DNA of 64,000 bases from Eledone cirrhosa (taxonomy: Eukaryota): positions 71,734,001-71,798,000 of the forward strand of contig OZ024746.1 of NCBI GenBank assembly GCA_964016885.1, read 5' to 3'. Positions 40,424 to 55,230 of this stretch are shown here, piece by piece (the first letter of the stretch is position 1; each line of letters begins with the position of its first letter). A program made the position numbers and the translations under genes. The notes under the pieces are model-generated. The model ran no database searches. It was not told the origin of the DNA and saw only the letters and a program-made list of their open reading frames with translations.

Positions 40424-41589
40424 ATATACACTCACATACACATGTACACATACGCATACACATATAACACATATACACACATACACACACACGAATTTGC
40501 CCCTCGACCTTTTCTCTTCATTCATCACGCAACTCCCCCCACCCCACCCCCAATCACCCCCACCCCACCCCCACACTATCCCTTCCATCAACAAGGGAGC
40601 CTCTACGGGGGCCTCTCGACCTGCTAAAAAGAGCAACTAAACTTCCACAAATCATACATTAACATTTTTAAAAGAGGGGAGGGGGGGGGGCTAATGTCTT
40701 CGAACATAGGTCTCCACGTCGTCAAGACCCATCATCATGAACGCTAATGCTACTGCCCGTGACACACAACTTGCTAGAAATAACAGCCAAATCTACCGCA
40801 ATTCACACACTATCGTTTTAGAAAATGACACATTTAGGTAATGTTGTAATGGGCTCACAGCACGTAGGAACACTTTTGATCAAAGGTTTGCTCGAACAGC
40901 ACTGACCTGGGGCTAAACAACTGCAGCAACAGCAACATCACTACTAACAGCAGCAGCACCAGCATCACCACCAACAACTACAACAGTTCTACTATTAACA
41001 TTATAAACAGCATCAGTACCATCAACAACAATACCAACAGGCTCCACTAACAACATTCATTATAAGCAACATCTATACCATCAACAACACCAACACCATC
41101 CTTCATTTTCTCAGCCCTTCTTTCCTTTCTCATTCTCTTTATCTTTATACCTCTCCCTTCCACTTCTTCTTCCTCTGCCACTCTCTTTATTTTATTACCT
41201 CTTCCTCCTTCTTCACGCTTCTCCCACTTTCTCGTGTTACTAACTACTGAAGAAAATTATACACCTACGTTCAAACTGAAACTACAAATGATCTATCTGT
41301 AATATACCACGTGTGCCACGTGGTACCCAATGGTGGAGCGTGGTGGTTCCTGGTAGGGCGTGGCGGCGCGTGTTGGCACGTGGACATGGGTTGATTTAGA
41401 CTCCTACTATTACTTTCAACATGATTACAACGGTGATCAACAACAACAACAACAACAACAATAACACTTAGCGAATTAGCGAGGTCACTATAGCGCAGGA
41501 CAAAACACCAAGCGATATGATGTTTTGATTCTCTGAGCTCTGTGTTCAAATCTCTACGATGTCAATCGTTCTTATCCTTCTGGTAAATC

Positions 41590-42241
41590 AATTGGCAGTA
41601 TCGGTAGAGGGTCGGACACCATGTTTTCCAGCATAGTTACGTCCCTTTACGATCTGAGTTCAAATCCCACCAAGGTTAACTTTGCCTTTCATCCTCACGG
41701 GTCGATGAAATAAAGTACCAGTAATGCACTGGGTAATTGTTGGCCTTGTGCCAAAAGTAGAAACAATTATTAGTTGATGTTGTTTTTGATATTACAATTG
41801 AGAGCAAGAACATATCTTAGAAACAATTATTTCTCCGTCTGTCCGAGGTCGGTGGATTGGCAGTATCGGTAGAGGGTCGGACGCCATGCTTTCCAGCATA
41901 GTTACGTCCCTTTACAGTGTGAGTTCAAATCCCGCCGAGGTTGACTTTGCCTTTCATCCTTACGGGTTTGATGAAATAAAGTACCAGTAATGTACTGAGT
42001 AATTGCTGGCCTTGTGCCAAAAGTAGAAACAATTATTAGTGGTTGAGGGCGGTGGATTGGCAGTATCGGTAGAGGGTTCGACACTAAGCTTTGCAGCAAA
42101 GAGTTACGGCCCTTTCCATTCTGAGTTCAAATCCCGCCGAGGTTAACTTTGCCTTTCATCCTTGCGGGGTCGATAAAATAAAGTACCAGTAATGCACTGG
42201 GATAATTGCTGGCCTTGTGCCACAAGTAGAAACAATTATTA
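41590..42241 (+). mobile_element. Cluster of three SINE family 1 copies
   Basis: Copies start at ~41590, ~41850 and ~42048, each ending 'gtagaaacaattatt'. Confidence 0.9.
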
Positions 42242-42445
42242 GTGGTGTTGATGGTGCCGTTGATGATGATGTTGTTGGTGACGAAGTTATTTCTAATGTT
42301 GGTGTTGCTATTGGTCTTACTGATGTCTGCAACGATATTCGCATTGACATTGGTAGTGTTCTTGATGACGATGCTAATGTTGTTGTTTGGCCCCAGATAA
42401 ACCTTGGTAAAGCAGACGTGTTTTCAACAGTGCTCCATGTCTGCT

Positions 42446-42536
<91 letters not shown>

Positions 42537-42818
42537 AGAGAGAGAGGGAGAGAGAGAGAGAGAGATTATTATAATATAGAATCAACATAATACGTGAACT
42601 GCAGCATGATCATGTTCGTCATCTCCATACCAGTAATTGATGCGAATCGGGGTGGTTTACCGGGAGGTGGGGACATAGTTAGAAGAACGTGCGGGGCTTA
42701 GTACTTCCTTGAGCGGTCAGAATATAGTTTGGGGCTGATTTATATTTGCTTGAGTTCATAGTTAAAAGTGACTGTAGTTACGTTCAATTTAGAGCCATTG
42801 ACTGTCTTAGTTATACAC

Positions 42819-42906
<88 letters not shown>

Positions 42907-42911
<5 letters not shown>

Positions 42912-42965
42912 AACGAGTAGGACCCCGACGGCTGAGCTCAAGACGTTTCGACGGCTAATTCTGGA
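42907..42965 (-). mobile_element. Family B short arm in (TA)n
   Basis: 'ataggaacgagtaggaccccgacggctgagctcaagacgtttcgacggctaattctgga'. Confidence 0.8.
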
Positions 42966-42987
42966 TATATATATATATATGTCTGTA

Positions 42988-43200
42988 TGTGTGGCTGAGT
43001 TGTTAGAGAATTGGATTCGCAATCGTAAGCTTGTGAGTTCGATTCCTGGACCAGGCGATGCGTTATGTCCTTGAGCAAGACACTTTATTTCACGTTGCTC
43101 CTTCTACCTGGAGTTGCGACCGATAGATAGTATTAGCAATTGGAAAGACCAACGGAAACATTGTTCCCTCGGTCCGATTTGACGAAAGTCGATCGTTCCT
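42988..43200 (+). mobile_element. SINE family 2 copy
   Basis: tRNA-like head 'gtggctgagttgttagagaattggattcgcaatcgtaagcttgtgagttcgattcc'. Confidence 0.85.
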
Positions 43201-43435
43201 CTATATATATATATATATATATAATAAATCAGGAAAGAAGGTTTACATGGTTTGCTATACAAAAAAGTTTTTAATCACATAGCTTACATTTGTTTCACTG
43301 AGCTGGTACATACCCGCAGCATCACTATGAAAACGCCTTGTTGAGTCAAACCAAGCCAAGCGTTAATATCATCCACTACCTGGAATACCATAACTGGACT
43401 TCACCTAAGTGAATTTAACTATTATTTGTTAATCC

Positions 43436-43472
<37 letters not shown>

Positions 43473-43475
<3 letters not shown>

Positions 43476-43654
43476 CGGAGGAAATGTGGTAAAGAACCAG
43501 GTGGACCATACCGCACCAAAGTACTCAATACTTAGGGTAGTAGAGTGGGCAATAGGAACGAGTAGGACCCCGACGGCTGAGCTCAAGCCGTTTCGACGGC
43601 TAATTCTGGACGAAACGGCTTGAGCTCAGCCGTCGGGGTCCTACTCGTTCCTAT
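43473..43654. mobile_element. Family B fold-back element
   Basis: Long arm to 'aattctggac', then 'gaaacggcttgagctcagccgtcggggtcctactcgttcctat(at)n'. Confidence 0.85.
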
Positions 43655-43679
43655 ATATATATATATATATATATATATT

Positions 43680-44195
43680 TAAGTAAACGATGTATCGTTT
43701 AAGGTAATCCAAGTAGAGGGTTATGGGTAATCCGTACTGTGGATGGTTCTAACCTTCGGGGTTGTTTGACTCAACAAGATGTTTACCTAGTTGTGATGTT
43801 TGTGTGGCCGATTCCAGGTAAGCAGTTCTTGGAGTATTAATAATTGTTTCTACTTTTGGCACAAGGCCAGCAATTACCCAGTACATTACTGGTACTTTAT
43901 TTTATCGACCTCGTAAGGAGATGAAAGGCAAAGTTAACCTCGGCGGGATTTGAACTCAGATCGTAAAGGGACGTAACTATGCTGGAAAGCATGTCTGACC
44001 CTCTACCGATACTGCCAATTGGAGTATTAATAATAAAGGTGTGAAGAATAACACGCATCAGCTATACATTAGGGTTTATTCTAAATATTAACAAATGTTT
44101 CATTGATCCGGTGTGTTTAAAAATCGCTATCTGTAGTGCTACCATGACAATCGATTTTAAGTGCAGTTACCACCAGCCAAATTGTCAAAATACAT
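43680..44195 (-). mobile_element. Family F terminus interrupted by a SINE family 1 insertion (43838-44020, TSD ttggagtattaataat)
   Basis: Homologous to 18756-19098; the 16-bp TSD flanks the SINE; decayed hammerhead at ~44085-44192. Confidence 0.7.
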
Positions 44196-44201
44196 AATAC
44201 A

Positions 44202-44295
<94 letters not shown>

Positions 44296-44298
<3 letters not shown>

Positions 44299-44421
44299 CG
44301 TTTCTGAATTTGTTTAGCAAGATTCTTTATCTGAAATCGTGTGTTGAAACCGATATTGTTATACTTTGGGAGGGTCATGTTGCGTGTGTTTCTTATTGGC
44401 AACATGACCCTCCCAAAGTAT

Positions 44422-44428
<7 letters not shown>
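44296..44428. mobile_element. Family C fold-back element
   Basis: Matches 19175-19298 except for a 9-bp longer loop. Confidence 0.8.
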
Positions 44429-44457
<29 letters not shown>

Positions 44458-45981
44458 ATGCGGTAGAATCAAGAGGTCGAGCCCTGCCGTTTCAACATGT
44501 TTTCACAGGCCATTTCAAGGGTAAATACTCTTGTAAAAGGTTGTCAAAGAAATAGAAACGGCAGGACACATTGTCGAGATTCTACCTCTTCAATATACCT
44601 ACTCTCCATTTCATCAGGCATCAAGTACTACTCTGATTCGTGGTCTTCCCGATCTTCACACCACAGACTGGATATTTAATGTCTATTCTTGTACAGAAAC
44701 TGCGTAATTTGATGCCTGCATCTTGAAAATGTCCGTCTCCCCATGCTCATTTTAGATCGGGTCAAGGGTTGAGATATATGGCTAATATCTGAGGTAGAGA
44801 TTTGGGGGGATGTCTTAGCTCTAATGTATACATTTAGTTCATGATCTGCTCGGTTTTTACGAATGTAATTTTTACGAGTTTGGAATCCGATGGTTTTGTC
44901 CACTAGATGCTTTGTTTATTGTTGGGTTTGTTTTCCAAGTGCATTGTTTACACATAGGGCATTTGATTATTGCTTGTTTTTGTTCTCTATATGTATATAG
45001 TGTATATATGTGTGGTATAAGTGTATGTAAACTATATTTTTCTTGCGTGAGTCGATCTCAGTTTTTGTCGTTCGCCCAATTGAGATCAGAGATCACTGAT
45101 CAATTTCAAAGGTTTACTGCTAGTAGGACTATTTCTAAACTATGTAGCCTTGTGACTAATTCAGAAAACAACATGTAAGGTAATAATATTATTTGCATGT
45201 TATTTGCATATTGTGGTATTTAGTATTTAGTTAGGAGGTAAACTTCTTTAATCGTTCTGGAGTCAATAAAACAATTAGTTGACCTCAGCGGAAGGTAAAG
45301 ACCGGGAGAAATACGCAAAACAGTTTGGTCTAGGCTCAAATGCAACTCAATTCTCGTCAGAGCAATCTTCTAAAAAAAAAAAAGCTTTCTACATATATTT
45401 GAAATAATACACTAGAACTGTAAGAAACTGTTTTGGAATACTGACGCCATTTCATGGTCTGCGTTCAATTACTGTCAAAGACTACGAGTCATGTCAACAC
45501 CGAAACCAAGCTAGAAACATCAGAAACATTGATACAGGAGGACTGAGGCAACAAGGCACCAACCAAAATTGAACTCAAAAATATGTTTCTGAAAAACTGA
45601 ACGATTTCGAAAGCATCCAAAATAACTGCCTCGCAAATGCTTACAAAAAATATCTAGAAATAAATATGTATATAAACAGAGAGAGAAAATATATATTATA
45701 TTAAGTAATATGTATATATATATATGTATATATATATAGGGGGTGTGGGGGTGCATAAGTAACCGTATTTTATATTTATGCCATAAATATAGACACATAC
45801 ATTCACACATATATGTGTGTATATGTGTATAGTGTTTGTGTGTGGTGTGTATATACATGCAGCTGCATTTATAAATACATGTGTTTATTGTACATTTCAA
45901 CAAACGCATCAATTTATATACATACGTGGTTCTTCTGTCACAGGTGCTAAAATAGACATACACACACATACACATACACGC

Positions 45982-46033
<52 letters not shown>

Positions 46034-46289
46034 GGGAGGGTGCTTGTATACACCCAGGTGCATTTAGTTTCCAATTATCTATATAATTGCTTTTGCGATT
46101 CGAACGATTTAAAAATTATACATTTGTCAAATTAAGAGGGTACACACGTATATATTTATATATACGTGTGTATACACGTGTGTATATAGGAGTACATTTG
46201 TTTACTCCGTCCGGTTTATCCATACGGTTATCCATGCTTTGTATGTATAAATATATGCATATGAGTATATGTGTCTATGTATGAAGCCA

Positions 46290-46353
<64 letters not shown>

Positions 46354-46725
46354 CATGTAAATATATATGCCTGTATCGATGTTTTTTTGCATGCATGTGT
46401 TTGTATATGTGTGTACGAATACATGTATGTGTGTATGTATGAATGCATGTATTTGTGAATGTATATGTATGTGTGCCCACGAATGTGTGTGTATGTATGC
46501 ACGTATTTGCTTATATATTTCTGTATGTACATATATATTTATATATGTGTGACTATATGTATGTGTGTTTCTATATGCTTATATGTACGTATATGTAGGT
46601 TTACATATATGTATGTATTTGTATATATATATACATATACGTACGTATATATATATACGTATGTATATATTTACGTATGAATGTACTTTAACGCATACAC
46701 ATTCACTCATATATATATATTCACT

Positions 46726-46787
<62 letters not shown>

Positions 46788-46790
<3 letters not shown>

Positions 46791-46970
46791 CGAAGGAAAT
46801 GTGGTAAGGAACCAGATGGACCATAACGCACCAAAGTACTCAATACTTAGGGTAGTAGAGTGGGTAATATGAACGAGTAGGACCCCGACGGCTGAGCTCA
46901 AGCCATTTCGACGCCTAATTCTGGACTAAATGAAAATGTTCATTTAACTCAGCCGTCGGGGTCCTACTCG

Positions 46971-46975
<5 letters not shown>
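46788..46975. mobile_element. Family B fold-back element with secondary mini-hairpin at the junction
   Basis: Long arm to 'ctggact', then 'aaatgaaaatgttcattt', then short arm 'ctcagccgtcggggtcctactcgttc'. Confidence 0.8.
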
Positions 46976-47022
<47 letters not shown>

Positions 47023-47556
47023 CACGAACGCCCACACAACATACATTCACACACACATGCGTGCCTATGCAACAGACACAATCAAACACATGCACACATA
47101 CAAAAATATTCACATACACACTCACACACATATGCACAGGATACAGGCACACAAGTCTACGTACATAACATACACACACACATGCAAACACTTCTACACA
47201 TTATACATAAACAGATACAGAACATATACAGAAACACATTCTCACATATATATGGTGCAGTTGCAGTTGCAGTTGCGCTCTCAAGCACGCATATGGCGCC
47301 AGTGCACCAGTGCACCAATAAGAATGTAGGTAACTAAAATAGCACCAAATTGAGATATGTAATAAAGGGAGGGGGGACTGATCAATAATTATGAATCTGT
47401 TGGTTACAGGTTAGTGGTGGGTAAGGTAATGTTTCGTGTACACATATATATATATATATAGTTATATATGTATATATATGTGTGTGTGTGTGGTTATATA
47501 TATGCATGTATGTGTGTGTGTATATATATATGTATTTATATATACATATATATATG

Positions 47557-47589
<33 letters not shown>

Positions 47590-47597
47590 ATATATAT

Positions 47598-47638
<41 letters not shown>

Positions 47639-47688
47639 CGAATAAATATATATCTGTGTGGGTGTGTGTGCGTTTAGGCACATGTATA

Positions 47689-47744
<56 letters not shown>

Positions 47745-47793
47745 ATATGGTATATATATATATATGATATATGATATATATATATGATATATG

Positions 47794-47889
<96 letters not shown>

Positions 47890-47997
47890 ATATATATATA
47901 TATATATGATATATATATATATGTATACTTTGATAGGTTTCAACCAGTATTGGTCCAGGCCATGTCTAACTTAATAGTACCACGTGGCAAACAAACA

Positions 47998-48089
<92 letters not shown>

Positions 48090-48201
48090 CAGTTTTCGAC
48101 TTGAATAGATCTGTCTTTTCTCTTAGAAGATCTTTTTCGTTTCTGCGAATGCCCACTCTCCTCTAATCTTCTATTTCTTCTTCAAAATCTCATTCTATAT
48201 T

Positions 48202-48230
48202 CTGATGAAAGACTACCGTCCGAAACGTTA
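48202..48230 (+). ncRNA. Minimal hammerhead-like core (decayed)
   Basis: CTGATGA-AAGAC-TACC-GTCC-GAAAC-GTT; stem I is weak. Confidence 0.55.
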
Positions 48231-48337
48231 AAGCTCTTTTCCTACTGTATCATGCGTAAAACTATAAATATATTTCTTCATTGTGCTGTGTCGTTTGTTT
48301 TGCTATTTCTGTAAGTGCACTTATCTAAGTATATATG

Positions 48338-48433
<96 letters not shown>

Positions 48434-48532
48434 TGTGTGTGTATGTGTGTGTGTATGTGTGTGTCTGTGTGAGTGTGTGTGTGTAAACATTCTGAAATCT
48501 TTAACATCAGCCAGTTTTTCACATTTCGGCAG

Positions 48533-48997
48533 AGACATGTAGACATGTAGACATGTAGACATATAGGCATGTAGGCATGTAGACATGTAGGCATGAAGAC
48601 ATGTAGACATGTAGACATGTAGACATGTAGACATGTAGACATATAGGCATGTAGGCATGTAGACATGTAGGCATGAAGACATGTAGACATGTAGACATGT
48701 AGACATGTAGACATGTAGACATGTAGGCATGTAGGCATGTAGACATGTAGGCATGTAGACATGTAGGCATGTAGGCATGTAGACATGTAGACATGTAGAC
48801 ATGTAGGCATGTAGACATGTAGGCATGAAGACATGTAGACATGTAGACATGTAGGCATGTAGACATGTAGACATGTAGGCATGTAGGCATGTAGACATGT
48901 AGACATGTAGACATGTAGGCATGTAGACATGTAGGCATGTAGGCATGTAGACATGTAGACATGTAGGCATGTAGACATGTGGGCATGTAGGCATGCA
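48533..48997. repeat. 8-bp tandem repeat (A/G)CATGTAG
   Basis: Seen directly; variant block 'atataggc' recurs at 48561 and 48641 (80-bp period). Confidence 0.95.
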
Positions 48998-49066
48998 CAT
49001 GGATGTGTTCAGTTTCCACCCAAATTTACTATGGTATGCATATATATAATCATATGTATATATATG

Positions 49067-49182
<116 letters not shown>

Positions 49183-49289
49183 TGTGTCTGTGTGTGTTTG
49201 TCTTTATGCGCATATAATTACATACAAGCACATACAAACACACACACATATATATACATATCTATATCTATAACTCTATCTATATATGT

Positions 49290-49366
<77 letters not shown>

Positions 49367-49437
49367 CATATATATCCATTATCAATCGATATGTAGACTT
49401 ACATGCACGAACATAGACATATATAGATCTACCCATT

Positions 49438-49497
<60 letters not shown>

Positions 49498-49738
49498 TTT
49501 ATATGCGTATGTATATGTTTGTGTTAATACATATATGTGAGTCTCCTATATGTGTATTTATGTAAGAAATATAAGCATCCGCATGTAGATATTCAAAATA
49601 TATTATAAACGCTCACACACAAATACATACATATATATATATATATATACACACATACAGAAACACACACACATACATACATATATACATATACACAAAC
49701 ACACACGCAAACACACACGCAAACACACACACACACAC

Positions 49739-49843
<105 letters not shown>

Positions 49844-49850
49844 TATATGT

Positions 49851-49882
<32 letters not shown>

Positions 49883-49971
49883 CAAATTTACATATATGGA
49901 AGGTACGAGAACAAAGAAAATTGATTGAGCTAAAATATTATGTTACTTTTATAAATATATGTATATATCAT

Positions 49972-50093
<122 letters not shown>

Positions 50094-50571
50094 TATATTT
50101 ATATATATATATATATATATATACATTCATACAATTGTACTTATGTATGCACTCACTCATATATATATACTTGCATATACACATATATATATATATATAT
50201 ACGAGCGCTATGTGTGTTTGTGTGTGTGTATGAATATATGTATGTATGTATGTATGTATGCATGTATGAGTGTGTAAGTGTGTGGGTGTGTGCGCGTGTG
50301 CGTGTCAGTGTTAAACTCTATATTTACATTAACTACTTTGAAATCTGGAGATTTATATATAGATTTATATATAGAATCTCTATCGATTTACACATGCACA
50401 TACACACATACACATGCACACACATACAGACATATAGACACATGTACACAGATATGTACATACACACGCACATGTGCACATATATAATGCAATAACACTA
50501 ACTCATGCATAATATTATTTTGTATATAATATAAATATATGTACATATTTTAATAATGCACTATAATAGCT

Positions 50572-51605
50572 ATATAGATATGTTTCTTTATTAGCCACAG
50601 GGGCACAAAAGAATGGGACAAATACAAAGGGGGAAGTTTACACACAATAAAAACGTGTAAAATATTATCACAAATGCAATTTAAAAGTTAATCGATTTTC
50701 CCCAATAGGGGGGAGACATTTCATATGGGTAACACATACCTCCGAAAAAAATGTGCAACCCTCATCTCCAGGAGTACGAATAGTTTGAACCCCTTTCCTC
50801 TCTTTCTATTTTTCCTCAAAAAGATATTAAAAGTAAGACAGAGAGACAAGCAGATAGATAGATAGATAGATATCTTTCTTTATTTGCCACAAGGGCGTAC
50901 AAAAATGGGACATGACAAGACGTGACGGCGGGGGTTTTACATAAAATCTTTAACAATAATTGTTTCTACTTTTGGAACAAGGCCAGCAATTACCCAGTGC
51001 ATTACTGGTACTTTATTTTATCGACCCCGTAAGGATGAAAGGCAAAATCAACCTCGGCGGGATTTGAACTCAGATCGTAAAGGGACGTAACTATGCTGCA
51101 AAGCATGGCGTCCGACCCTCTACCGATACTGCCAATCCACAACAATAATGAATAACAATAAACTATATATAAAATAAAACTATCGAAATCCCCAATAGGG
51201 GGGAACGTTACTGTGGGGTTGTTTTACACCCCGTGGATAGAACAACCCTCAACACCAGGAGCACGTTTTGTAGGTGTTCCCGTCTTTCCTCTGTTTGTCT
51301 TCCTCAACCTACAGGTTTATATACAGAGAAGGCCCATTCACTCGGGCCATTGTCGCCACATTCACCCACCTTTCAGCGAATTTACTGGGGTGTAGCACCT
51401 CTCTCTCCACTCTCACCTTCCTTCTGAAGTGGTATTTAAAGAAGGGGATAAGTTGTTTTCCGGAGAGAAAGGTATTTGCCCTCAGTCCTTTTAACATCGT
51501 CCACCATATTACCTCTTTCGCCATAGATAGATAGATATGTTTCTTTATTTGCCACAAGGGCGCACAAGAAATGGGACATCACAAGGCGTGAGTTTTTCAT
51601 AAAAA
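50572..51605 (-). mobile_element. Three stacked 3' ends of a Tx1/L1-like LINE in (GATA)n; the middle copy is interrupted by SINE family 1 (50953-51140)
   Basis: 'gatagatat(g/c)tttcttta..tgccaca(a)gggc..aca..aa.tgggaca' occurs three times. ORF2-like C-terminus AKEVIWW...LIPFFKYHFRRKVRVERE....KFAERW at 51309-51525. Confidence 0.65.
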
Positions 51606-51610
51606 TTGTG

Positions 51611-51648
<38 letters not shown>

Positions 51649-51753
51649 TGCATATATTTCAATATATGTGGGTGCATGCGCTTGTTTGTGTGTAGGTATA
51701 TGTGTACGTCATAATGCCTACTCTGTACTCTGAATATCTACTCTTGGCAAGTA

Positions 51754-51872
<119 letters not shown>

Positions 51873-51881
51873 ATATGTATA

Positions 51882-51937
51882 TAATAGAAAAAGAGTCAGG
51901 ACCCTGACGGCTGAGCTCCGGCCGTTTCGACAGCTAC
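51882..51937 (-). mobile_element. Family B short arm (variant)
   Basis: 'aatagaaaaagagtcaggaccctgacggctgagctccggccgtttcgacagcta'. Confidence 0.7.
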
Positions 51938-52290
51938 TAGCATAAATATCTGATATAGTAAGATTGGCAAGTATGTGATATATACAGATCAGAGCAAACA
52001 GCACGGACACTCTATCTCAAAATTATTTTTGAAAAGCATTTAGAAATGCGTAACCGGTAAAAACTTAAAAACTTAAAACCACAACTGAATACTAACCCAT
52101 ACAATCACTAATACTCTTTTATTCCTAATTAAACCATTTTTCAACTGTGAACAATTTGTCAGCATTTTCTATTCCGTTTACCAATATATAATAACTTGTG
52201 TGTTACACCTCTATTCTTTTAACTATATATATATATATATATATTGTGACGAAACATAAGTCAATTGCATGAACTCATAATCCTTTATTT

Positions 52291-52346
52291 ACTGCTATAT
52301 ATATTTCGATGATAGCCATTGAATGGCTATGACCTCATCAGGCAGT
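52291..52346 (-). ncRNA. Type I hammerhead ribozyme
   Basis: ACTGC-CTGATGA-GGTC-ATAGCCAT-TCA-ATGGCTAT-CATC-GAAA-TATATA-TA-GCAGT: 5-bp stem I, 8-bp stem-II core, ~50 nt upstream of a (TA)n tract. Confidence 0.85.
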
Positions 52347-53005
52347 TAGTCAGTTCTTAGATATGCCAGCTCTGTGTGTATAGTCTTGATGGTATCAGAG
52401 CCTTGGGACATGTGAGCTTGTTAGGAATATTTTGATGTTGTCACCAGGAATAGTCTTGATTCTCATTGATCAGTTTGTAGATGGTAGTAGGTTGGTATTT
52501 GACCTCAAAGAAGCAGGTGGTGTTGTAAAGTTCAAACCGTCAGGCAAGATGACAATAGTTCCACATGACTGATTTTCACAAAAGGCATTCTTGGTCAGAT
52601 ATATATTCAATTAAGGTTAATAGTATGAAATAGATACTACAGGTCATTCTTAAATTGAGGAATTTATGTGGAGTGGTGCTACTGAAAATTATGGTTGGAG
52701 TAGAAAGTTTACAAATAAAAAGGCTTATGTAGGTTGGCTTGCACTACACTCACACACATCTCCACAGACACACACACACTTCCACACACACAAAAAGTGG
52801 GGTGGTAATACTTAATATAATGGTTAGAGTCCAGTACTTAGATAGTTCAGAAAATTTAGAAATAAAGGGTTTATGCTGGTTCACTTGTACATACACTCAC
52901 ACCTACCCCCTCAAACACTCACACATCTACACTCACAAATCCATATAGGTGTGTGTATATATATATATATGCATGCATTCATGTACGCACAAGTATACAC
53001 ATATA

Positions 53006-53066
<61 letters not shown>

Positions 53067-53508
53067 TATATACACAGAACATACATATACATAAAATATA
53101 TACTTACAAAAATATAAAAATATATATATATACATAGAATACACACACAAAATGTATACACAGGTAAAACATACATATATATATTTAAAAAATACACACT
53201 CACATACACACATATATATATAAAATATATACATACAGATACGCACACATATATAAAAAATACGCATACATACACATATAAAATACACATATATATACAC
53301 ATGATACATATATACATATATACATATATATATAAAATCAGGTTCAATAAAACATTGTTTAGATGACTCCTAACCAGTAGAGGATCCGGTGGACCATCCA
53401 CCATAAGGACCGCAAACCATGGGTGGTTGTTGTTGTCCATTGGTCATTGGTACGGGGTGTAGGGGACCTACCGGGGGGAGGGGGCTTGTGGGAGGCCGTA
53501 ACCGGGGT

Positions 53509-53955
53509 TTATCCATATAGCTTGAGGAAAGTTCCCGTCCTTAGGTGTCTGCAGGCACCGAATAAGTCGGCCCTTCTGTTTAACAGCTTTGTTCCGCCAT
53601 GAAGAATCTCGAGTGTCTCACTAAGTCAGAGGTTGCAAATACCAGACCCGCCTCTGTCTGGGGGAACCTTTCTAACCACGAACCAGACCAGAGAGTGCGG
53701 GGTCTTTTCAAGTTTGAGCCTCCAGATCAGTTCAGAAAGGGCCGTACATTTCCTCTTATCTATTCTGTTAAAGGAATGGCGATGGTTATACCACCGAGCT
53801 TTGAAGCTCGTCGCTGTGGATCCTATGTAGTGGTGCTCCGAGTTAGGGGTTGTGACCTTGCACATGTAGACCACGTTTTTGGTCATGCATTCATTACTAA
53901 GGGGGCATAGCGACGGGTCTCTACAATTACATGACATCTTAAGCCCCACCACATG
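53509..53955 (-). pseudogene. Second PLE GIY-YIG endonuclease remnant (CxCx5C...CxxC...CRH type)
   Basis: CNCRDPSLCPLSNECMTKNVVY...YIGSTATSFKARWYNHRHSF...TALSELIW.LK...ICNL*LSETLEIL...LLNRRADLFGACRH; a single in-frame TGA; 5'-truncated next to (TA)n. Confidence 0.85.
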
Positions 53956-53985
53956 TACCGCGTGGTTAGCATCACTCGGGGTTGG

Positions 53986-54033
<48 letters not shown>

Positions 54034-54685
54034 TACTTGCCAATCTTACTATATCAGATATTTATGTGTGTGTATATATATATATACATATACATAAACA
54101 CTGATTCGTGAATATATAAATGCCGCCAGATCATGGCATTGCACCTAGGAAATTGCTTCTTCAATCTGCAAGCCTGTATTGTTTCGGCACAAAATTTTCG
54201 TTAAACACACAACTAGGCAATAATAGTAAGGAAATAATTATAATTATAACAATACAATTATTGGGGAACAATATTCAAGCTTAACGCTAATATGTGTTTA
54301 AATAGGTTTGTTTCTCACCAGAAGGTTAAGAATCGGTGTGCTGATAAATTTAACACCAGTGAGCGCGATCTTCATTTCTTGCAGCGGAATCTACAAGAGC
54401 AAAGTAAAATAAAATGTCTTGCTCAAGGAGACGAAACACCACCCGACCTGGTAATCGAACTGATGACCTTACGATTGTGAGTCCAACACCATAACCTCTA
54501 ATCCTACAGAATATAATATGCTGTAAAGGTAAGATCTATTGACCTCTAAGAGTGTTTAACATATATCCACACCAGTAGCTTCATATCTCTTTCTGAATCC
54601 ATTGACACATGTAGAATTACTGATATCATATGTTAAAATATTTATCTACTTAAGTATACACACACTCACACACTCACACCACACG

Positions 54686-54747
<62 letters not shown>

Positions 54748-54907
54748 TATACATATACGTATATATATATATATGCATATACATATACGTATATATATAT
54801 ATATATATATATGTTCATATATATCTATATACATATATATATACATATAAACTCCACACACATGTAATCACGCACAAACACACATACAGAACCATGCATC
54901 TATATAC

Positions 54908-54909
<2 letters not shown>

Positions 54910-54958
<49 letters not shown>

Positions 54959-54959
54959 C

Positions 54960-54995
<36 letters not shown>

Positions 54996-55057
54996 CTCTC
55001 TCTCTTGCTCTCTCTCTCGCTCCCCACTGTCTCTCTATCTCTCTCGCTCTCTCTCTC

Positions 55058-55100
<43 letters not shown>

Positions 55101-55230
55101 CTCTCTCTCTTGCTCTCTCTCTCGCTCCCCACTGTCTCTCTATCTCTCTTGCTCTTTCTCTCTCGCTCCCCACTGTCTCTCTCTGTCCCTCTCTCTCTCA
55201 CTCCCCCTTCTATCTCTCCCTCTCTCTCCG
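54910..55230. repeat. (CT)n tract with internal duplicated unit 'ctcgctccccactgtctctc'
   Basis: Seen directly. Confidence 0.85.

Noticed and set aside
42988-43060. tRNA gene
   Set aside because: It is the tRNA-like head of a SINE; it continues into SINE body and lacks a proper acceptor stem.
53340-53415. Possible hammerhead remnant downstream of the second GIY-YIG ORF
   Set aside because: Both core boxes are mutated (CTTATGG, TAAAC), so it cannot be supported.
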